NCBI GenBank assembly: GCA_048939765.1
Contig: JBHLPF010000006.1
Span: forward strand, 31,831 to 95,830
DNA length: 64,000 bases
Source of the DNA: Promethearchaeota archaeon
GTDB taxonomy: Archaea; Asgardarchaeota; Thorarchaeia; Thorarchaeales; Thorarchaeaceae
Reading direction: 5' to 3'
Under the pieces are notes generated by a model. The model saw only the letters and a list, made by a program, of their open reading frames with translations. It was not told the origin of the DNA and did not search any database. Shown here piece by piece: positions 9,776-20,129 of the stretch (position 1 is the stretch's first letter; each line of letters starts with the position of its first letter). The position numbers and the translations under genes were made by a program.

Positions 9776-10710
9776 ATGGGTAGTCCATACAAGGGAATGA
9801 TTACGAAGGCTATCAGTCCCACAAGAGCACCAATCTTATCGAGTGTGCTTCCTATCAACAGACGCTTCTTGTCATCAGGTCCGGTTAGTGGTGTAATAGC
9901 AGCACCCAATACGATTATGGAGCCAAGCATGAGTAGAGGCCAGAGGTCCCAGCTGGCGAAGTCTAGAATCCAGACTAGAGAATAACACGCCACACCAATG
10001 AAGTTGAGAAGCGCAGCAACTCCGGCTGCTGCGTTGTATCCATATACTCTAGCGATTGTCCGTACATCCCTAATTCGGTCGCCCTCAACATCTTCAGCAC
10101 CCTTTATTGTTTCCCGTGCTTGAAGAATCATGAACGCAGTGAGGAAGAATAGCCATGAGGGAATAGGAACCACATAGCTCATTGTCTGTTCTACATAAAC
10201 GAAAGATCCGTACAGAACACCGAACGCGAAGGAAAAAGCAACCATGAAATTACCGGCTAGACCCCATGTCTTGACCCTCGCAGCATATGCATATCCAATG
10301 ACAATAAAGGCTAACACAATCAAGGTACTCCACGGACCTGTTAAGAAACCAAACAACAAGCCAATTGCACTCAGACCTGCAACGTAGAACCATGCCTGCC
10401 TGATGGTCATCCTGCCGCTAGGGAGAGCACGATGTGGACGATTGATTCTATCAATCTCAATGTCATAGATGTCATTGACAACATTGGATCCAGCAGCAAT
10501 TGTGAAGTACGTGATATATGCGAACGCAAGAATATTGAGAGTATTAAATAGGTTAAGGACTGGATCTTGTTTGTAACCCATTAAGAAACCAGCAATAACT
10601 GTAAGGGACCCAATGAAGCAATTTTGCGGCCTAATGATAGAAAGGAATGCGACTGGGTCAATCTTCCGGTCTGAGGATGGTGTTTCTGGTCCATTAGGGG
10701 TATCCGTCAT
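9772..10710 (-). CDS. UbiA family prenyltransferase, probable digeranylgeranylglyceryl phosphate synthase
   Basis: IIRPQNC, NDIYDIEIDRINRPHRALPSG, RETIKGAEDVEGD. Confidence 0.88.
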   Translation of the reverse strand: MTDTPNGPETPSSDRKIDPVAFLSIIRPQNCFIGSLTVIAGFLMGYKQDPVLNLFNTLNILAFAYITYFTIAAGSNVVNDIYDIEIDRINRPHRALPSGRMTIRQAWFYVAGLSAIGLLFGFLTGPWSTLIVLAFIVIGYAYAARVKTWGLAGNFMVAFSFAFGVLYGSFVYVEQTMSYVVPIPSWLFFLTAFMILQARETIKGAEDVEGDRIRDVRTIARVYGYNAAAGVAALLNFIGVACYSLVWILDFASWDLWPLLMLGSIIVLGAAITPLTGPDDKKRLLIGSTLDKIGALVGLIAFVIIPLYGLPI

Positions 10711-10853
10711 TTCTAATTCTCCCGCTCAATGCTCCGGGGAGGACTTGGGATTAAAGACTTCCGCTGAGTCCAGTACGGACCTAATCACTCATATGAGAGA
10801 ATTGACAGGGAAACCATGGTACCTCATCACCTTGGATGTATATGAGTGGAGGA

Positions 10854-11696
10854 ATGACGCTCCTGATAGATATCAGATTCGGACCAGCGGGCTATCCTTC
10901 TGCCGCGAAGGGGAGTGTATCACGCGTCTTCTCACTTCTAAAAGAGGTCAACCTTAATGCCTTGGAATATGCGGCTGTTTACGGTTTACGAATGGGTCCT
11001 GAAAAAGCTGAGAGGATTGGTCATCTTGCTAAAGAGTCAGGGATTTCAATGAGCATGCATGCAGCGTATTACATCAGTCTGCTGTCCAAGCAACAAGACG
11101 TCAGAGAACGGTCAAAAGGAAGGCTAGTGAAGGCACTTCAATTTGCGGCGCTGATGCAAGCGAAGAGAATCATCTTTCATCCTGGGGGATATAGCGGACT
11201 TTCTCAGCAAGAAGCCTATGCCGTTGTCAGGGATGCTGTTGAAGAGGTCTGGGAGAAAGCGGGACATCTAGGAGACGGAGCGATTCTTATGGTCGAAACT
11301 GCAGGCAAGAAAGGTGCATTTGGATCCGTCGATGAGCTGATTAGATTGTGCCAAGATGTGGATGGTTGTCTTCCTGTAATCGATTGGGCACATCTCTATG
11401 CACGGAGTATGGGTAGAATCAATGATAATGAGAGCTACCTCGAGATAATTGGTAGATTCGAGGACCAGTTGGGAAATCGCTTTGTTGATAACATGCACTT
11501 CCATGTAAGCGGAATCACCTATACAAAGAGAGGGGAGAAGTCACACAGACCCCTTGGCGGAGAGTGGGGGCCCGACATACTGCCATTAATGCAAATAGTG
11601 AAAGATGTGGGTTATACCCCCACCTTCATATCCGAAACACCCAACTCTCTCGAAGGCGCTCTATATACAAAAAATCTCTACGAAGCTCTGGAGTAA
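10854..11696 (+). CDS. nfo: endonuclease IV (archaeal TIM-barrel type)
   Basis: RFGPAG, SMHAAYY, FHPG, ETAGK, DWAHLYAR, HFHVSGI, GEKSH, ISETP. Confidence 0.88.
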   Translation: MTLLIDIRFGPAGYPSAAKGSVSRVFSLLKEVNLNALEYAAVYGLRMGPEKAERIGHLAKESGISMSMHAAYYISLLSKQQDVRERSKGRLVKALQFAALMQAKRIIFHPGGYSGLSQQEAYAVVRDAVEEVWEKAGHLGDGAILMVETAGKKGAFGSVDELIRLCQDVDGCLPVIDWAHLYARSMGRINDNESYLEIIGRFEDQLGNRFVDNMHFHVSGITYTKRGEKSHRPLGGEWGPDILPLMQIVKDVGYTPTFISETPNSLEGALYTKNLYEALE

Positions 11697-11703
11697 CGCA
11701 TCG

Positions 11704-13047
11704 ATGACTGATTATGCATTTGTCCTTGGGAAGAATTGGCTGCTTAGCCTTGCCGAGCTAGTCGTCTATATTCGAGATAGAGGCCTTGCTGATGGTGTGA
11801 AGGACTACTCGAGGACAGCAGCTATTGTGGAGATAGAGGAAAATCTGGATGACGAGCAGTTGGTCGAGATCCAGAGTGCACTCGGCGGTTGTTTCAAGGT
11901 TGGCCGAGTTGCATCCGCATATGACCGGTCACTTGTCGAGGGTGCCTTTCCAGCAAGAGGGAAAATAGACAAAGAGGCACGAAGAACGTTTCAAGAAGCT
12001 CCGTGGACTGACCGCGTCTGGAGCAACCTGAAAGGTGGCAAGGTCAAATTTGGTGTCAGTACATATCCAATGCTGGGGAAACAGACCACCATTGACCTTA
12101 GGAAATTCACTCTTGGACTTGATGAATGGACCAAGAAACGCATTCTGGAACTTGGTGCGAATAAAGCAGTTTACTACGTCTATGATGGGCCCGACAAGAG
12201 AGATGCGCGTCGACCAAATGTAGCGCTTTGGCCTCAGAGTATCGGTCGACATGGTCTTTTGAGTCCGCCAAACGCCGAGTTGCTCGCTCTTCTAATGGAG
12301 GACACATTGTATATTGCTAAGACGGTGGCAGTCTATGACTCAACGCTTCAGAAATACAGAGACGAAACTAGACCCTTCATGTCAGCAGAGATTAGCACTA
12401 GTCCCAAGATCTGCAGAACTCTCCTCACGTTATCCGGTGCGAGACCCGGAGATACTGTGCTTGATCCATTCTGCGGAACTGGAACGCTGCTCATGGAAGC
12501 TGCAATGCTTGGCATGAAATGCGTGGGTATTGATATCGAGCAGTCAATGGTGCAGGGAGCTAGCCAGAATCTGAAGTGGTTGGGGGCGGGTCTCGGAGAA
12601 TGGTTAGACTTCAAGCTCATCAAGGGCGATGCACGTAATGTTTCGAAGCTTGTTGAAGGACAAGTTGATGCAGTGGCATTTGAACCACACCTTGGGCCGA
12701 CATACTCCGAACCTCCTAGATATGAAGAGGCGGCTAGCAACATGGAGGACCTCTCGGTGCTGTACCGTGATGTTCTGCAGAGTCTTGAGTCATGCATAAG
12801 ACCAGGAGGAAGAATTGCAATGACTTTGCCTGTTGTAAACACAACTGAGAAGCAGGTTTCAATAGATCTTGAGTCTATGTTGGAGGATACAGGATTTGTG
12901 GTCTTCAAGCTCCTTCCTGAAGATGCCTTCACAGAAGCAAGACTAAAACACAAACAGCTACAGGTAATCCCTGAACGCAGTACTCTCCCTGAGAGAAAGA
13001 GAGGGCAGATTGTAGAACGAAATGTTGTGATGCTGGGTAAGGCTTAG
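11704..13047 (+). CDS. Trm11/COG1041-like SAM-dependent RNA methyltransferase
   Basis: RDETRP, SPKICRTL, LDPFCGTGT; motif IV variant FEPHLGP. Confidence 0.7.
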   Translation: MTDYAFVLGKNWLLSLAELVVYIRDRGLADGVKDYSRTAAIVEIEENLDDEQLVEIQSALGGCFKVGRVASAYDRSLVEGAFPARGKIDKEARRTFQEAPWTDRVWSNLKGGKVKFGVSTYPMLGKQTTIDLRKFTLGLDEWTKKRILELGANKAVYYVYDGPDKRDARRPNVALWPQSIGRHGLLSPPNAELLALLMEDTLYIAKTVAVYDSTLQKYRDETRPFMSAEISTSPKICRTLLTLSGARPGDTVLDPFCGTGTLLMEAAMLGMKCVGIDIEQSMVQGASQNLKWLGAGLGEWLDFKLIKGDARNVSKLVEGQVDAVAFEPHLGPTYSEPPRYEEAASNMEDLSVLYRDVLQSLESCIRPGGRIAMTLPVVNTTEKQVSIDLESMLEDTGFVVFKLLPEDAFTEARLKHKQLQVIPERSTLPERKRGQIVERNVVMLGKA

Positions 13048-13877
13048 AACAGATGCCGAATCACGTCATCCAAAATGGCATATGTCTGAAGACGCTCGAC
13101 ATCTGACTTAACGTACGGCATTGCATGTTTGAATAGCATTGTCTGGTAGGCTTTCTTTGAAACGGTCTCCTTAACCACTTGACTCAATATCTTCAATATC
13201 TCTTCCAGGGCGACTCTTAGCTCCTTGTAGGGTGCAGTATTGACATCAATGTTGAGGACCTCAATGCCCGCTGAGTCGACGGTCACTACATCCAAGAAAT
13301 CATAGAATGCTTTGATAGGCTTGAACGACTTCTTGATGCGCTTAACAAGCTCCCGCCGTGTTTCCTTATCTGTCCTGACTCTCATAATCGCTCTGAATAG
13401 GTGACTGTAGACAGCCAGGCAGTCCATCGATTTTCCAGCAACGAGGCTCTCGTCAGTGACCTCATATTGGCTCACTAGCTCATCAATAAAGCTCCCAAAC
13501 TTCCTGAATTGACTAGGTCTTCCATGCCACTGTTTCAGCATTGTTTCAATGGTGTTTCCATCGGGAATCTGATTCTTCATGAACTCGTTCAATGCATATT
13601 CAAGAATGAAGCGCATATGACTGACCCGGGCGCTCTTGGATACGACCATGACGAAGAGAAGATAGTCATTAGCCTCCCAGATGTAACGATTTGTATCTGT
13701 ATCGATCGTCTTGAGACTCTCTTGGGATGCCTTGTCTATGAATGTATGAGTCGCTGAAAGAAAAGGTGCAATCAGATCCATGTCGATCTCAATATTGGCA
13801 TACGCTTTACTGACGAGGGGCCTACCGCTACCTCGTTCAATCAACCATATGCCTTGAACAGACCTCTTGTTCGACAT
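13044..13877 (-). CDS. longin-domain protein (Asgard type) with helical C-terminal domain
   Basis: IWLIERGSGRPLVSKAY, DLIAPFLSATHTF and LKTID...YLLFVMV give a beta-beta-alpha-beta-beta-beta-alpha longin pattern. Confidence 0.7.
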   Translation of the reverse strand: MSNKRSVQGIWLIERGSGRPLVSKAYANIEIDMDLIAPFLSATHTFIDKASQESLKTIDTDTNRYIWEANDYLLFVMVVSKSARVSHMRFILEYALNEFMKNQIPDGNTIETMLKQWHGRPSQFRKFGSFIDELVSQYEVTDESLVAGKSMDCLAVYSHLFRAIMRVRTDKETRRELVKRIKKSFKPIKAFYDFLDVVTVDSAGIEVLNIDVNTAPYKELRVALEEILKILSQVVKETVSKKAYQTMLFKHAMPYVKSDVERLQTYAILDDVIRHLF

Positions 13878-14024
13878 GGTTCAGTCAAGCTCCTAGCTAG
13901 GCATTTGCTGAGCTTAGAAATAAGCGTATGTCGGACGTGAATAATACACTGAAAAAGAACAAAAGGACAGGGTGTTGGACCCTGCCCATTCCTCTGCCTT
14001 CCAACTCTTTGACTGCGTTCTCCG

Positions 14025-14996
14025 TTAGGTTGTGGAAATCCCCAGCTTCTCAACCATTTCCTTGTATCTGTTTCGAACCGTTACTTCAGTCACTCGTGCA
14101 GTACGAGCGATTTCAAGCTGGGTCCGGCGTTGACCCGTGAGAATGCTGGCAACATATATCGCTGCAGCGGCCATTCCCTTTGGATCTTTACCAATGGTGA
14201 GTCGTTCCTCTCGGGCCATCTCAAGAATGTCTATAGCTTTCTTCTTGGCATCGCCCTCAAGTCCCAACTCAGTTCCAAATCGATGCACAAACTCCACTGG
14301 ATTGCTGTGAGGAATCTTGAGATTCAGATACCTCAGAATCAGTCTGACGCACAGACTGAGTTCTTTTCTGGTGATATGTATCTGATCGCAGACCTCTTCC
14401 AACGGTCGAGGAACTTGATGCACCCTGCATGCAAGGTATAATGAAGCTGCAATCATCCCCAAAATCGTACGCCCTCTCGTGAGACGCTTACGCAGTGCTT
14501 TTCGATAAATCACTGCAGAGGTCTCTCGTATCGAATAGGGAATGCTCAGCTGAGAGCTGATTCTATGAAGTTCTGTCATAGCAACCGCAAGGTTACGTTT
14601 GTCAGAAGAGTGCACTTTGGTGCGTATCTGCCACTTACGTAGTCTATGTATTTGAGCTCGTCTGGTCGAAGTCAATTTCCTTCCTGAAGCATCGACATTC
14701 TGGCGGCCAATTATTGTGGTGAGCCCTTGATCGAACTTACTCCAATCCGTTGGTCCGCCCACGCGCTGTCGAGCGTTCTGCTCATCAGCTGTGAATGCAC
14801 GCCATTCTGGACCCATGTCAATGGATCTGTCAGAAAGAACGAGCCCACAATTTGAGCAGGTCACCTCTCCCCTCGTGCTATCAATATAGACTTCATCAGA
14901 AGAACATGTAGAGCAAACGTATCTAGCCGCACCAATCTTGCTTTCTCCGGATTTCTTGGTCTTCGCGTGTTTGCTGGCCAGTGCAATCATCTCCAT
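14025..14996 (-). CDS. tfb: transcription initiation factor IIB
   Basis: Zn ribbon CSTC..CSNCG, IDMGPEWRAF, two cyclin repeats, TEVTVRNRYKE. Confidence 0.97.
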   Translation of the reverse strand: MEMIALASKHAKTKKSGESKIGAARYVCSTCSSDEVYIDSTRGEVTCSNCGLVLSDRSIDMGPEWRAFTADEQNARQRVGGPTDWSKFDQGLTTIIGRQNVDASGRKLTSTRRAQIHRLRKWQIRTKVHSSDKRNLAVAMTELHRISSQLSIPYSIRETSAVIYRKALRKRLTRGRTILGMIAASLYLACRVHQVPRPLEEVCDQIHITRKELSLCVRLILRYLNLKIPHSNPVEFVHRFGTELGLEGDAKKKAIDILEMAREERLTIGKDPKGMAAAAIYVASILTGQRRTQLEIARTARVTEVTVRNRYKEMVEKLGISTT

Positions 14997-15271
14997 GCAA
15001 ACCCTATCGGGGGAGTAGGGTTGCCATCAGAGCAATTGTTGATACCTGTGCGGTGTGCCCCAATCATGGCGTTGAAGGAGCACCTTTTCGGGACGCGGAT
15101 ATTCTCAGAGAGAACACCTATGCGCAGATATTAAATCATTATAAACCCTTTGTACGTTTTCGCGTAAGTTTAGTTGTATAATTGAATAAATTAAAGGCCA
15201 GTCCGGGTGTTGAAACAATCAATGACGAGTCATGATTTGATGTGAAACAATTGTGAAACAGCGTTTAGTTT

Positions 15272-17233
15272 ATGAGTCAACACCGGGCATCTATGATACA
15301 GCCAAAGGGGATACTAGCTTTGACGATTGACAGGACGACAGATAATCCATGGAACCACGTGATGAGTGTAGTCGCGAGAGTTCTAGCTGACTCTGCGTCT
15401 GTCGATCTTGTGACGGCTCATGAGAACCTTGAGATTCCGCCAGATGCCAAGCTGGGAGACATTGCAACCACCTTAGCTTTTCGTCTGGCAAAGGAAAGAA
15501 AGGACAATCCGGCAAAGATTGCTGCAGATATCTCAAAGAATCTTGAGAGCGCTATCAAGAAGGAGCCGTTAATTGATAGAATAGATAACAAGGGCCCATA
15601 CATCAATCTCTTTCTGTCTAGAAGAGAATTGGCTGATTTTGTCATCAGAGCCGTGGCCCAATCAAATGAGAACTATGGTAAGTCTAACGAATTCCAAGGC
15701 AATCGAGCTCTCATGGAGTACCCCGCGGTAAATCCCTCTAAGCCATGGCACATCGGTCATACCAGAAATGCAGTACTTGGAGACACTTTAGGAAATGTCC
15801 TTGAGGCAGCGGGATATGACGTGATCAGAACAGACTACATCAATAATCTCGGATTGCAGATTGCTCAGCTCGTTTGGAAGCTTATGAAGGACAAACCTTC
15901 CCCTGGAGATGAGAAATATGATCACTTTCTAGGGCATCTATATGTTGAGGTGCACGAGGATTTTGAGAGGGACAAGAAAGTAGAAAGTGAGATTCGGGCT
16001 GTTGCTCGTGACCTCGAGAGCTTGGAGAGCGAAGCTGCCAGAGTCAGCGAAGAGATGGTCACCGAATGCGTGAGAGCGCAGTGTCAGACTGCATATCGAC
16101 TAGGAATCTTCCATGATTACCAGATATGGGAGAGTGCGATTGCTCACAGTGGATTACTGGACAAGGCCCGAAAGATGATGCTAGAAACTGATAACATCTT
16201 CATCCCTGAAAGCGGTGAGAAGGCAGGATGTATTGTAGCTGACCTCAGGACAATTGAAGATTTCAAAGACATGAAGGACCCATTTAAGGTCCTCTTCAGA
16301 TCAGATGGAACCAGGACCTATACTGGCGCAGATGTAGCCACGCAGATGTGGAAATTTGGGATAATAGAAGACCCATTCTTGTACAAGGAGTTTGAGCGTC
16401 AGCCAAATGGTGAAATCGTGTATAGAACTGCAGTTGATGGATCCGAAAGAGACCTTGGCACTGTAGATCTCGTCTTCAACATAATTGGATCAGAACAATC
16501 ACAACCGCAACGGCTGGTCTACACGGTGCTTGGACTCTTAGGGTATAATGAACAGAGTGGCAACTCACACCATATCGCGTATGAGTTTGTTGGACTTGAG
16601 GATGAAGACTTCTCAGGCAGGGAGGGCACGTGGATAGGCTATTCATGCGACGTGGTACTTGACAAGGCTGAGGCTCTAGCCAGAAATGAGGTTGAAAAAC
16701 GAAATCCCGAGGAGTCTGATGAGTTCAAGAATGATATCGCGGCTAAGGTAGGAATCGGTGCTGTTCGATACTTGCTGTTGAAATCATCACCAGACAGAAA
16801 AATCATCTTTAGATGGGAAGATGCTTTGGACTTCAACGGAGATGCAGCACCATATCTGCAGTACTCTATTGCGAGAGCGCAGAGAATACTAGAGAAGGCA
16901 GATGAAGCAGATATTTCAAATGCAAATCTGAAGCTATTGGTAGAGGAGGCGGAGTTTGCACTCATCAAAGCAGTTTCACGCTTCCCAAATGTGATTCTTG
17001 AAGTAGTGAGGAGTCTGAAGAAAGAAACTTGGGGAACAGGATTCAGTTCCAACAGGATTGCTGCATACTGCTATGAGCTGGCAACTCTCTTTAGCAGGTT
17101 CTATGATTCCTGCCCAGTGCTTAAGGCAGAGCCAGATTTCAAAAGAGCCAGGCTCGAGCTGGTGAAGGCATTCAAGACTACGATGGTGAACTGCCTGAGG
17201 ATTCTTGGAATTCCTGTGGTCGAACGAATGTAG
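15272..17233 (+). CDS. argS: arginine--tRNA ligase
   Basis: GPYINLF, NPSKPWHIGH, RSDGT, FSGREG, FNGDAAPYLQYS, FYDSCPVL, LGIPVVERM. Start uncertain. Confidence 0.96.
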   Translation: MSQHRASMIQPKGILALTIDRTTDNPWNHVMSVVARVLADSASVDLVTAHENLEIPPDAKLGDIATTLAFRLAKERKDNPAKIAADISKNLESAIKKEPLIDRIDNKGPYINLFLSRRELADFVIRAVAQSNENYGKSNEFQGNRALMEYPAVNPSKPWHIGHTRNAVLGDTLGNVLEAAGYDVIRTDYINNLGLQIAQLVWKLMKDKPSPGDEKYDHFLGHLYVEVHEDFERDKKVESEIRAVARDLESLESEAARVSEEMVTECVRAQCQTAYRLGIFHDYQIWESAIAHSGLLDKARKMMLETDNIFIPESGEKAGCIVADLRTIEDFKDMKDPFKVLFRSDGTRTYTGADVATQMWKFGIIEDPFLYKEFERQPNGEIVYRTAVDGSERDLGTVDLVFNIIGSEQSQPQRLVYTVLGLLGYNEQSGNSHHIAYEFVGLEDEDFSGREGTWIGYSCDVVLDKAEALARNEVEKRNPEESDEFKNDIAAKVGIGAVRYLLLKSSPDRKIIFRWEDALDFNGDAAPYLQYSIARAQRILEKADEADISNANLKLLVEEAEFALIKAVSRFPNVILEVVRSLKKETWGTGFSSNRIAAYCYELATLFSRFYDSCPVLKAEPDFKRARLELVKAFKTTMVNCLRILGIPVVERM

Positions 17234-18583
17234 TCAGCCAGAGGTCACCTGCGCAGAGCTTATGACGATTGATGGACTTATAATCGAGAAAGCAACTCGA
17301 GTATCTGCAGCTACCATTTCTATACGTTTCAACAGATCGCGCATGTTGATCCCAATGAGCGTATTCTGCACAGGATGCTGAATCTCTCCATTCTCGAAAT
17401 ATGATCCTTCCATAATCATTGCACTGAGGTCACCGGTTGTCATGTTTGGCCGGTCTCCTGTGAAGCGGCATAGAACTCCCTTGCCAACTTCTTTGATGAG
17501 ATCATCCAATGTGCCCTTTCCAGGAGTAACTACGAAGTTTGAAGAGGATACCGAGGGCACTCCTGCATATCCAGGCCGGCTGGCATTTCCAGTGCTATCG
17601 ACACCATCCTTGTTGGCGGTGTAAGAGTTGTGCAATAGACTCTTCAGGACCCCACCATCAAGAATCTCGGTGCGTTGAGATGGATGGCCTTCGGCATCAA
17701 AAGACCGAGAAGAAACACCCGATGTCATAAGACCATCATCGATAATCCGAAGCTGCGGAGTCGATACCTCTTCGCCTAATGCATCTGCGATATAGGAGCG
17801 GCCATATTGGACTTCCTCGGCATTCACAGCTCCAGCAAATCCTCCCCCTAGGATGGTCCCAACGGCAAATGGAGCAAGAATCACTGGCATCTCACCTCCC
17901 TCAACAGCCTTGGCCCCCAGATTGCTCAATGCATTCTCTGCAGATCTCGTTCCTATCCACTCAGGGTCAATCTCCTTGAGTCTGCGAGAGAGCTGGACCT
18001 CATAGCTGGATGTCTGATCGCCATCTTCTTTGATTGTGGGCTCTGTATACATCCATACAGACGTCGATTCGCCAAACCCCTTGATTCCGAGCGAATTGAC
18101 AATGACAGTAGTGCCAGTCGATGAACTCATTTTAGCTGCAACTGCAACATCCATGCCCTCCAGTCTTGAGCGTGCAGCGTCAACTCCACGAATGATCATT
18201 TCAGCGACTTGCTCAGAATCCAGCTCTACAATTTCGGAATCGTAGAGACCTTTAACGTCAGGGTAAATCCCATCGAACGATGGAAGGCTCACAAAGTCCG
18301 GGTCAGGAACAGAGGCCTTGGCGAGTCTAACAGACAGCTCAGCAGCCTCCAGAAGGTCGGCTTCTAGAACAGTTGTGGCATATGCGAACCCCACTCTCTT
18401 GCCGACAACTGACCGAATTCCGCAGCCTGTATCACGATTCTCTGAGGCACTTTTGACTGAATTGTTCTCTACATCGATGGAGAAGGTACGGGATGATGAC
18501 GTGTAAACCTCCACCTGGCCGGCACCAAAAGACTCAGCCTTCTTAGCTGCTTTTTCCGCGATGTCTAGAAGATTCTCCATCAC
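17234..18583 (-). CDS. TldE/PmbA family protein
   Basis: GIRSVVG..GFA, FDAEGHP, STGNA; lacks HExxxH; adjacent to tldD. Confidence 0.9.
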   Translation of the reverse strand: MMENLLDIAEKAAKKAESFGAGQVEVYTSSSRTFSIDVENNSVKSASENRDTGCGIRSVVGKRVGFAYATTVLEADLLEAAELSVRLAKASVPDPDFVSLPSFDGIYPDVKGLYDSEIVELDSEQVAEMIIRGVDAARSRLEGMDVAVAAKMSSSTGTTVIVNSLGIKGFGESTSVWMYTEPTIKEDGDQTSSYEVQLSRRLKEIDPEWIGTRSAENALSNLGAKAVEGGEMPVILAPFAVGTILGGGFAGAVNAEEVQYGRSYIADALGEEVSTPQLRIIDDGLMTSGVSSRSFDAEGHPSQRTEILDGGVLKSLLHNSYTANKDGVDSTGNASRPGYAGVPSVSSSNFVVTPGKGTLDDLIKEVGKGVLCRFTGDRPNMTTGDLSAMIMEGSYFENGEIQHPVQNTLIGINMRDLLKRIEMVAADTRVAFSIISPSIVISSAQVTSG

Positions 18584-18584
18584 T

Positions 18585-19976
18585 CTACATGCCTCCTACA
18601 GGAATATTGCGAATCCTGGCATGTGGGCCTCCACTCATGTCAGGTACCATCTGTCCATTCTTCCCACAAGTCCCTGCATCCATGAGAAAGTCATTGCCAA
18701 CAGCATCTATTTGGGCTAGTACGTCAAGAATCTGACCAGCAAGAGAAACGTCGCGGACCATTTGGCCAAGCTCACCATTCTCAATGAGATAGCCATGACT
18801 GGCTTGGAACATGAACTGTCCTTTTGCGGGCTCTGTGTACCCATAGTTGAAGCTGCAGAGCATTACCCCTTCTTTTGTGTCGGAAATCATCTCGTCGACG
18901 TCCCAATCACCTGGTTCCATGATGGTGTTGGACATCCTGGCCAATGGTGCGTGCATGAAGGACTGCGCTCTGGCAGAGCCATTTGGTTGCATATCCAAAC
19001 GAACTGCAGTTTCAAGGGTGTGTAGAAGCTCGGTGAGTACACCATCTTTTACAAGAATTCGCTTCTTCGTCTTTGTTCCCTCCCAGTCATATTCAAATGA
19101 GCCCCGCTCTCCGGGCATAGTAGGGTCGTCGCTTAGATTAAGGTGATCAGGGCCAACACACTCTCCAACCTTGTCCTCGAGAACTGTCGTATGAGCTGGC
19201 CAGTTATCTGCTTCGCAGGCATGACCAAATGCCTCATGAACCATTACGCCATTTAGGACTGGGTCCATGATAACATCGTAGGTTCCTCCCTTTGCAGCTA
19301 CAGATGATAGCAAATCAATTGCCATCTTTGCAGATTCCTCACCGATGGTCTGGGGCCGCTCTAACTCCATCATCTCAAAACCACCCCTGACACCGTAGGA
19401 CTTGAACGCCCTTTGCCTGTTAGCACCATCTTTAGCGGTTGAAACAGAAATGACTCTAGGAAGAGCATTTTGCATACTCACACTTGTTCCAAAGGAATTG
19501 GTGACATAGAGATCAGTCCAGAGATCACCGTATATAGAGCGGGTATTGACAATCCTCTTGTCATAAGCACGAGACTGCTCATCGATTCTCTTGATATACT
19601 CAATCTTGTCCTCAACCGAAATATCCCTGAAGGGCTTTTTCAGCTTGACTTCAACCTTGTCATTGAAGGTAGGCCCATCCATCTCAAACTTCTCATTGAC
19701 CTTTGTCTTGGTGGCCATGGCTAGCCTAGCAACTGATTCACCAGTTTCACGCATGCCCTTAGCAGTAAGGTCAGTTGTCTGAGCAAAGGCCCAAGCGCCA
19801 TCAATGAAAGCTCGAATTCCAGCCCCCTTCAGTCGTGAGGCAACAGACCTCTTTGTCACACCATCCGTCATCTCAATGATGGTGGTGACAGTGTTTTCTA
19901 TTCGCACATCAGCGAATTTTGCTCTAGCATTGATAGCCGCCTCAATTGCAGCCCGAGCTATGTCTTCCATAAGCAT
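18585..19976 (-). CDS. tldD: TldD family metalloprotease
   Basis: HEAFGHACEAD, YDWEG, RMSNT, GTCGK. Confidence 0.92.
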   Translation of the reverse strand: MLMEDIARAAIEAAINARAKFADVRIENTVTTIIEMTDGVTKRSVASRLKGAGIRAFIDGAWAFAQTTDLTAKGMRETGESVARLAMATKTKVNEKFEMDGPTFNDKVEVKLKKPFRDISVEDKIEYIKRIDEQSRAYDKRIVNTRSIYGDLWTDLYVTNSFGTSVSMQNALPRVISVSTAKDGANRQRAFKSYGVRGGFEMMELERPQTIGEESAKMAIDLLSSVAAKGGTYDVIMDPVLNGVMVHEAFGHACEADNWPAHTTVLEDKVGECVGPDHLNLSDDPTMPGERGSFEYDWEGTKTKKRILVKDGVLTELLHTLETAVRLDMQPNGSARAQSFMHAPLARMSNTIMEPGDWDVDEMISDTKEGVMLCSFNYGYTEPAKGQFMFQASHGYLIENGELGQMVRDVSLAGQILDVLAQIDAVGNDFLMDAGTCGKNGQMVPDMSGGPHARIRNIPVGGM

Positions 19977-20129
19977 CTCCTGACTAGTCCTTGCTGATGT
20001 TCAATCTATTATAACTGATATGGACTGGTCAAATGCACTGATCGAAACTCTATGTAACTAATACCCGAGTGATACACGGGTTATTCTTAGATTCCTCTTC
20101 TTACTTCATAGTCTGCAGGAGGTATACAC

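Noticed and set aside
14997-15024. Hairpin just upstream of the tfb start (GCAAACCCTA...TAGGGTTGC)
   Set aside because: Short and imperfect; cannot be distinguished from chance without comparative data.
17234-19976. TldD/TldE as part of the ESCRT system or a RiPP cluster
   Set aside because: A common housekeeping pair, divergently oriented, with no precursor peptide or modification enzymes seen.
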